A model generated the notes under the pieces. That model worked only from the letters and a program-made list of their open reading frames with translations, was not told the DNA's origin and ran no database searches. From Methanosarcinales archaeon (GTDB lineage Archaea; Halobacteriota; Syntropharchaeia; Alkanophagales; Methanospirareceae), in contig JAODGH010000039.1 in assembly GCA_025464325.1 (NCBI GenBank), positions 1 to 60,210 on the forward strand: a stretch of 60,210 nt of DNA. Direction: 5' to 3'. A program made the position numbers and the translations under genes. This document shows, piece after piece, positions 55,509 through 60,210 of this stretch (positions are counted from its first letter, which is position 1; each line of letters opens with the position of its first letter).

Positions 55509-56036
55509 TCATCTCTTTATACTGTCCAGCAATCGCTTCAGCAAACTTTTGTATTCATCCTCCCTGCCCGGGGGTATGTTGGTGAAGCTCATCCGGGCGT
55601 TTGGATGATAATACCGGTCTATGGATAATGTACGCATCAGTGGCTCTATAGCGAAATTCTTTATGCAGGATAGCATCTGTGATGCATAATAATAGGTGAT
55701 ACCGAAGATTATAACGAGGTCGTAATTGCCCGCTCCATCCATACCTTTCCATTCGGGATCCCTCAAACAGTTGGTGAGCTCATGCAGGTTATAATAATTA
55801 ACGTTGTACCCCCGCTCCACAAACCCCTTTATGCTGTGTCCTGTTGCAGCAATTGGTATACCCATATTGAGCATTTCTATCGCTATCTCTACAAAAAACC
55901 CGTCACGCAGTATCTCGGAGCCAGTAATGAGCAACGGTCTTCTCGCATTCGAGATATAACTACCCGCGACCTCCGGTGATACTACCTCGCCGGTATCAGG
56001 ACCCGGAATATTCGCTACATCAAAAGCAGTCTCCAT
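55509..56036 (-). CDS. cdhB: Acetyl-CoA decarbonylase/synthase complex subunit epsilon
   Basis: 175 aa. The length and motifs (RPLLITGSEIL, IPIAATGHS, YDLVIIFGITYYYASQML) fit CdhB. Confidence 0.8.
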   Translation of the reverse strand: METAFDVANIPGPDTGEVVSPEVAGSYISNARRPLLITGSEILRDGFFVEIAIEMLNMGIPIAATGHSIKGFVERGYNVNYYNLHELTNCLRDPEWKGMDGAGNYDLVIIFGITYYYASQMLSCIKNFAIEPLMRTLSIDRYYHPNARMSFTNIPPGREDEYKSLLKRLLDSIKR

Positions 56037-56176
56037 ATGACATACCTCCTATTAATAAAACCCTCTAATAAATAAAAGAGTTTAAATAATGTATCTATTC
56101 AGGTTTTTTAAAGTTATTCCTGCAGCCGATTTTAGAAAATTATTTGTAATGGCTATTTCTTTTCCAGATATAACGA

Positions 56177-56757
56177 ATGGATAAAGGTTATCTACCGATT
56201 ATGGAGGAATTGCAGCAGGAAAACAGAGAATTACGGGAAGAGGTCAAACGTCTACGGAAGGGACTCTAAGAGAAAGAATCGAAACTCAACGAACTGCAAG
56301 AAGAGGTTCAAGAGTTGAATGAGCAAAACCAGATGAGTCATTCCATTTTCGGTTCAAAATCATCCTGAAAGCGGAGAGGTTCGAACGCGAGTGAGGTGCT
56401 CGAAACCAGAGAGGAGAGGGGTAGGGTACATGCCGATTTTGTGGAGAGAACGGAGGGGTTCGTAACGCTGGAGAGGCAATGGAACCATCACGTACTGAAT
56501 AAGCTGGTGAAACGGGCACTGAAGTACCGCGAAGAGCTATTCACTTTCGTACTCGTTCCCGGAGTTGATCCTACGAACAACGTCGCTGAGCGTGCTCTCA
56601 GGTAAGGTGTGCTGCAGAGGAGGATATGGGGGATGCTTCAGGACAAAAAGGGTACTAAAAACAGCGATATCATGATGAGCGTTATGGGAACGATGAGAAT
56701 CCAGAATAAAGACTTCTTCTCCCACGGAAAGGAATATATCCACGGCAAATTGAGTTG
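56177..56757 (+). pseudogene. IS66-family transposase remnant (leucine-zipper N-terminus plus C-terminal domain pieces, several frames)
   Basis: Hand-translated pieces: MDKGYLPIMEELQQENRELREEVKRLRKGL(stop); coiled-coil ELQEEVQELNEQ; then ...REELFTFVLVPGVDPTNNVAERALR and, in a shifted frame, RRIWGMLQDKKGTKNSDIMMSVMGTMRIQNKDFF. This matches the IS66 C-terminal pattern (..PTNNxAERALR...RK..G). Confidence 0.65.
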
Positions 56758-56837
56758 AAAAAAAAAGTGAATAGGTGCCCCAATAGTAATGACAGAGCCA
56801 GGCTATAGCATAAATCTTTTTTTAATAGTACTTCAGA

Positions 56838-57130
56838 TGCTATTTCTCTATTATAACGAAGTGTTCATCACTACTGTATAGTTTGTTAATAAGAAACTCA
56901 AATAATCGGTGTTGAATACGTTCTTTATTACGATGTAATGCACTTCACCAGGTATCTTCTTACGACTTATACGCTTATTCCGCAGTTTATCTCGTTGCCC
57001 GTTTCAGTGTGGCATTTACCGGTGCACCGATAACCCGTATCACGACAAACAACTTCTTTGCCAGATGGATCTATTTAAGAATCGCAGACCGATGCGGTTG
57101 TTGTTTCAAAGTGGTTTTTTGTAAAATCTC
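56838..57130 (-). mobile_element. About 290-bp MITE-like deletion derivative (copy C) of the IS5-like element, inverted orientation
   Basis: The reverse complement of 57015-57111 aligns almost base for base with 11161-11250 of copy A (..aacaaccgcatcggt..attcttaa..gaagaagttgt..ttatcggtgcaccggtaaa). The end sequence ggagattttacaaaaaacc is at 57113-57131. The right boundary is approximate. Confidence 0.6.
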
Positions 57131-57313
57131 CTTAGATAAAATACATAGATTTACACCCCACTCTGAGATAAAGAGCACTTCTCCTGGTGTCGTTTTGATT
57201 GGTATTGCTATTTCATCTGGCTTTAGATATAAAAGAAGCCTACAAAGGCTTACTGAAAGGTGACGTTTTGCTGGAGGGTTAAATAGATAGATACTATCTA
57301 TGATACCGGCATA

Positions 57314-58096
57314 TCACATAAGATACTTCTTTATCGCATAAAATACGTCCTGCGGACGTTCTATATCATAATCAACATTCACCGTTATCAGCAATGCGTT
57401 TTCGTGATGGTCACCCTTTATCCGCCCGCTCTTTGTGTATTCTGGTAGTGTCTGCACTTTCGCTTCTCCAAATGAGCAGAACCCGTGATCCGATATCACA
57501 ATCAGCCTGTTGTCACCATCCAGAAACCCGGTATCAAATATGAGTTCCCCGATCGCATCGTCCACGCGTTTGTACCACTCAAGCACGTAATCCTCACCCC
57601 AGTGGAAATGCTGGATCCTGTCCAGAAGTGTATAAACCGATACGAGCAGATCGGGACCCTCCGCAATCAACCGTTTCGTCTCAGCCGTGACCCGTACCAG
57701 TTCCTCCGTCCATTCCTTCTCGTTCGTCGGCAACCCGAACCCAACGGGCTTGAAATCCACGTTGAACGAGTACGGTGGCACGACAAACGGTACATTCAAC
57801 ACTCTCACGCTCTTACCCGCATCATGCAATAAGTCCCATATAAAATCCACTTTTATAGCATCTCTTACCACTATCTCACCATTTACGACATAGCTCTCAT
57901 GTCTGTGCTCTGTCGGGAGCTTACCCGAGAACATACTGCACCATACAGATGCAGACACAGGCTTCTCCTCCAGTGTAATAGTTTTGCTTTCCCCGATCTC
58001 CACAAGCTTTTTGAAACTGCTCAGTCTCGTCAGATTCGGTCTTACAATAGACCACGTAGCAGCATCTATACCCAGAACAAAGAACGTACCCGTCAT
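57314..58096 (-). CDS. Alkaline-phosphatase-superfamily type I phosphodiesterase/nucleotide pyrophosphatase-like protein
   Basis: 260 aa. Motifs VLGIDAATW near the N-terminus and LIVISDHGF near the C-terminus. Confidence 0.6.
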   Translation of the reverse strand: MTGTFFVLGIDAATWSIVRPNLTRLSSFKKLVEIGESKTITLEEKPVSASVWCSMFSGKLPTEHRHESYVVNGEIVVRDAIKVDFIWDLLHDAGKSVRVLNVPFVVPPYSFNVDFKPVGFGLPTNEKEWTEELVRVTAETKRLIAEGPDLLVSVYTLLDRIQHFHWGEDYVLEWYKRVDDAIGELIFDTGFLDGDNRLIVISDHGFCSFGEAKVQTLPEYTKSGRIKGDHHENALLITVNVDYDIERPQDVFYAIKKYLM

Positions 58097-58102
58097 CGTC
58101 GC

Positions 58103-59326
58103 TTAAACACCCAAATCCGTCTGTAGAACTACACCCGCCCCGATGTTCCTGCCGTCTTTTACAAGAACGAACCTGCCAAGTTCCGGTATATCCACGAACC
58201 GTTCCACCACCAGCGGCTCGGTAGCAAATTCAATCGTTGCGGCATCGTGCTCACTTATCGATTCGGGATTCTCTTCCAGTACCTCCCCGGTCTCTGAATC
58301 TATCTTCTCTTTTATGTCGCTCACCTCGCATCTCACCTTCGCAGTGCCGCATCTGAGCTCTAAGATATCTCCCCTTCTCAGTTCATCACCGAGAAAGACG
58401 GTCTCGCCGAAAAAGCTCCTTACTGCTCGTGGCGGGTCTTCTAATGGACCTCCAACATCTCCTCGCCTCACCGTACCCTCAATCACAATACCGGCGCAGT
58501 CACCGGTCGTGGCTTCATCATCTTCACGACCGAAAAACCTCAGCCCTTCTATTCGCGCCCTTACTCCGGACGGTTCGAACAATATCTCGTCACCTCGCCT
58601 CAATACGCCTGATTCCACACGTCCAACCACTACCTTCTCGGTTTCCAACTCGTAAACGTCCTGCACCACAAACCGCAGCGGTTTCGTTTCTCTTTCCAGC
58701 GTCACTTCATCCAGAGCCTCTATCAACGTTTGTCCATCGTACCAATCCATCTTCTCGCTGCTGCTGTATATGTTGTCTCCCTCCATCGCCGAGACCGGTA
58801 TGAATGTGACTTCTTCAGCATCATAACCAAAGGCACTCAAGACTTCACTTATCTGGCTCCTGATCGTCTCAAATCGCTCCTTACTGTATGCAACCGCATC
58901 CATCTTGTTCACCGCTACGAAAAGATTGTCTATACCGAGCATCCTCAACAGGAACAGGTGTCGTCTCGTCTGCTCCTGCACACCTTCCACCACAGATACC
59001 ACCAGTACCGCTACGTCTGCATGTGACGCGCCCGTGAGCATGTTCTTTATGAACTCCTTATGCCCCGGCACGTCTGTTATCGTGTAGCAGTTCTTTTTAC
59101 CCATGAACATCAAACTCACTGTATCTATCGTCCGCTCTTCCTTGAGCTCATCCTCAAAAGAATCGAGGAAATACGCAAACTCAAACCTGCGTTTGTATTC
59201 CTCAACAAGTTTCTGTATCTCTTCCACACGCTCGCTCTTTATACTCGCACTGTCGTACAGCAGCCGTCCTATCAGTGTAGACTTGCCATGATCCACATGC
59301 CCCACAAGAACTACATTCACATTCAT
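58103..59326 (-). CDS. cysN: Sulfate adenylyltransferase subunit 1-type GTPase (CysN/EF-1alpha family)
   Basis: G1 VGHVDHGKST, G3 DVPGHKEF, G4 NKMD, QTRRH, then beta-barrel domains. I start at the ATG at 59326 (MNVNVVLVG); the track N-terminal extension overlaps cysD. Some motifs look closer to EF-1alpha than to canonical CysN. Confidence 0.7.
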   Translation of the reverse strand: MNVNVVLVGHVDHGKSTLIGRLLYDSASIKSERVEEIQKLVEEYKRRFEFAYFLDSFEDELKEERTIDTVSLMFMGKKNCYTITDVPGHKEFIKNMLTGASHADVAVLVVSVVEGVQEQTRRHLFLLRMLGIDNLFVAVNKMDAVAYSKERFETIRSQISEVLSAFGYDAEEVTFIPVSAMEGDNIYSSSEKMDWYDGQTLIEALDEVTLERETKPLRFVVQDVYELETEKVVVGRVESGVLRRGDEILFEPSGVRARIEGLRFFGREDDEATTGDCAGIVIEGTVRRGDVGGPLEDPPRAVRSFFGETVFLGDELRRGDILELRCGTAKVRCEVSDIKEKIDSETGEVLEENPESISEHDAATIEFATEPLVVERFVDIPELGRFVLVKDGRNIGAGVVLQTDLGV

Positions 59327-59358
59327 ATTTCTCTTTCCACTTTCATTACCTCTCGGGT

Positions 59359-60165
59359 TTACATGTAACCCAGAGCACGCAACTTCTGCATCATGAACGC
59401 CTTCTCCTTGTCCTGAGCACGACCCGACCTTTCCGCAATCTTTGTCGTCCTCAGCTCTTCCACTATCTCCTCGATCGTACCCGCATTTGATTCTATCGGT
59501 GACGTGCATGGTTCACAACCCAGACTCCGGTACCGTTTACCATTGCTGGCGAGATACATGGGATTCACCGGTACGTTTACCTCCTGCTTTATGTATTCCC
59601 ACACATCCAGTTCACGCCAGTGCAGTATCGGATGAACTCTTGTATGTATGTGATCCTGAAAGCTACTCTGTACCTGATATATGTCCCACATCTCAAGTGG
59701 CTGGTCCTTGTAATTCCATCGGAACGTATCGTCCCGCGGCGAGAATACGCGTTCCTTGGCACGTATTCCGTGCTCGTCCCGCCTTATCGCCAGTATCAGC
59801 GCATCGAATCCGTGCTCCTCAACGCATCTCCGCAATGCTTCCGTTTTAAGCGCGGTACAGCATTCCAGCTTACCCCTCTCCGGGCTCACACCCGCGTTTA
59901 ACGCCTCTTCGTTCCTCGCTATCACCAGGTCGAGATCCCACTCCTCGGCTATCCTGTCCCTGAACTCGTACATCTGCCTGAACTTATAGCCCGTATCTAT
60001 ATGAATCACCGGAAACGGTATTTTACCAAAGAACGCCTTCCGACATAGCCATAAAACCGTGGTACTATCCTTACCCGTGCTCCACAGTACCGCTGGATTA
60101 TCAAATTCGGCGTATGCCTCCCTCAATATATAAATACTCCTATTCTCCAGTTCTCTCAGTCCCAT
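59359..60165 (-). CDS. cysD: Sulfate adenylyltransferase subunit 2 (PAPS-reductase/ATP-PPase fold)
   Basis: 268 aa. Motifs VLWSTGKDSTTVLWL and VIHIDTGYKFRQMYEFRD, with a CysD-like C-terminus. Confidence 0.85.
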   Translation of the reverse strand: MGLRELENRSIYILREAYAEFDNPAVLWSTGKDSTTVLWLCRKAFFGKIPFPVIHIDTGYKFRQMYEFRDRIAEEWDLDLVIARNEEALNAGVSPERGKLECCTALKTEALRRCVEEHGFDALILAIRRDEHGIRAKERVFSPRDDTFRWNYKDQPLEMWDIYQVQSSFQDHIHTRVHPILHWRELDVWEYIKQEVNVPVNPMYLASNGKRYRSLGCEPCTSPIESNAGTIEEIVEELRTTKIAERSGRAQDKEKAFMMQKLRALGYM

Positions 60166-60210
60166 CTTACACTCTAATCATAGTGTCATTGGAGTATATA
60201 AAGCAGAAGC

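Noticed and set aside
59327-59509. 61-aa N-terminal extension of cysN given in the ORF track
   Set aside because: It overlaps the 3' end of cysD in another frame and is Gly/Cys/Asp-rich. The ATG at 59326 precedes the G1 motif (VGHVDHGKST) by a normal distance and leaves a 32-nt spacer after the cysD stop.
1-60210. CRISPR arrays, rRNA genes, large tandem repeat arrays
   Set aside because: I scanned both strands by eye. I found no regularly spaced direct repeats of 24-40 bp and no rRNA-like conserved blocks. The only tandem or direct repeats seen are the short ones reported above.

Overview
This is a gene-dense (about 90% coding) archaeal chromosomal segment. The archaeal call rests on gatE, Rpo7/Spt4, acetyl-CoA decarbonylase/synthase subunits CdhC and CdhB, CofG, a methanogenesis-marker-8-like protein, TruD/Taw3 and pyruvoyl arginine decarboxylase. 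The lineage guess (a methanogen/ANME-like member of the Methanomicrobia-type archaea) is inference only.

Most of the window is housekeeping:
- Indirect aminoacylation: gatE, gatB, gatC, gltX.
- Arginine/polyamine: argF, argC, pdaD, speB.
- Pyrimidine: a fused pyrK-pyrD.
- Central carbon: ppsA.
- Cofactors: cobT, cobQ, cofG, cbiMQO.
- Oxidative stress: peroxiredoxin, ferritin, superoxide reductase.
- Also a seven-gene Mrp-type membrane module, a cation antiporter with its regulator, glycan enzymes (GH38, GT2, split GT4, sugar nucleotidyltransferase, PfkB kinase), one tRNA-Arg and cysDN.

Mobile-DNA scars are visible: three copies or fragments of one IS5-like/MITE element, and an IS66-family transposase remnant.

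I found no CRISPR array, no rRNA, and no clear-cut defence island. The candidates for something undescribed are all small operons:
- A superoxide reductase operon with an EncFtn-like mini-ferritin and a Gly/Arg-rich rubredoxin-knuckle zinc ribbon.
- A radical-SAM plus polytopic-membrane two-gene cassette next to an IS scar.
- An Mrp module lacking the large antiporter subunits.
- A divergent glucan-phosphorylase-like gene with an acidic partner.
- A cysD-cysN-phosphodiesterase cluster beside an IS junkyard.
- A broken P-loop NTPase at the left edge.

All functional calls come from reading the translations and recalling family motifs. No database search was run.
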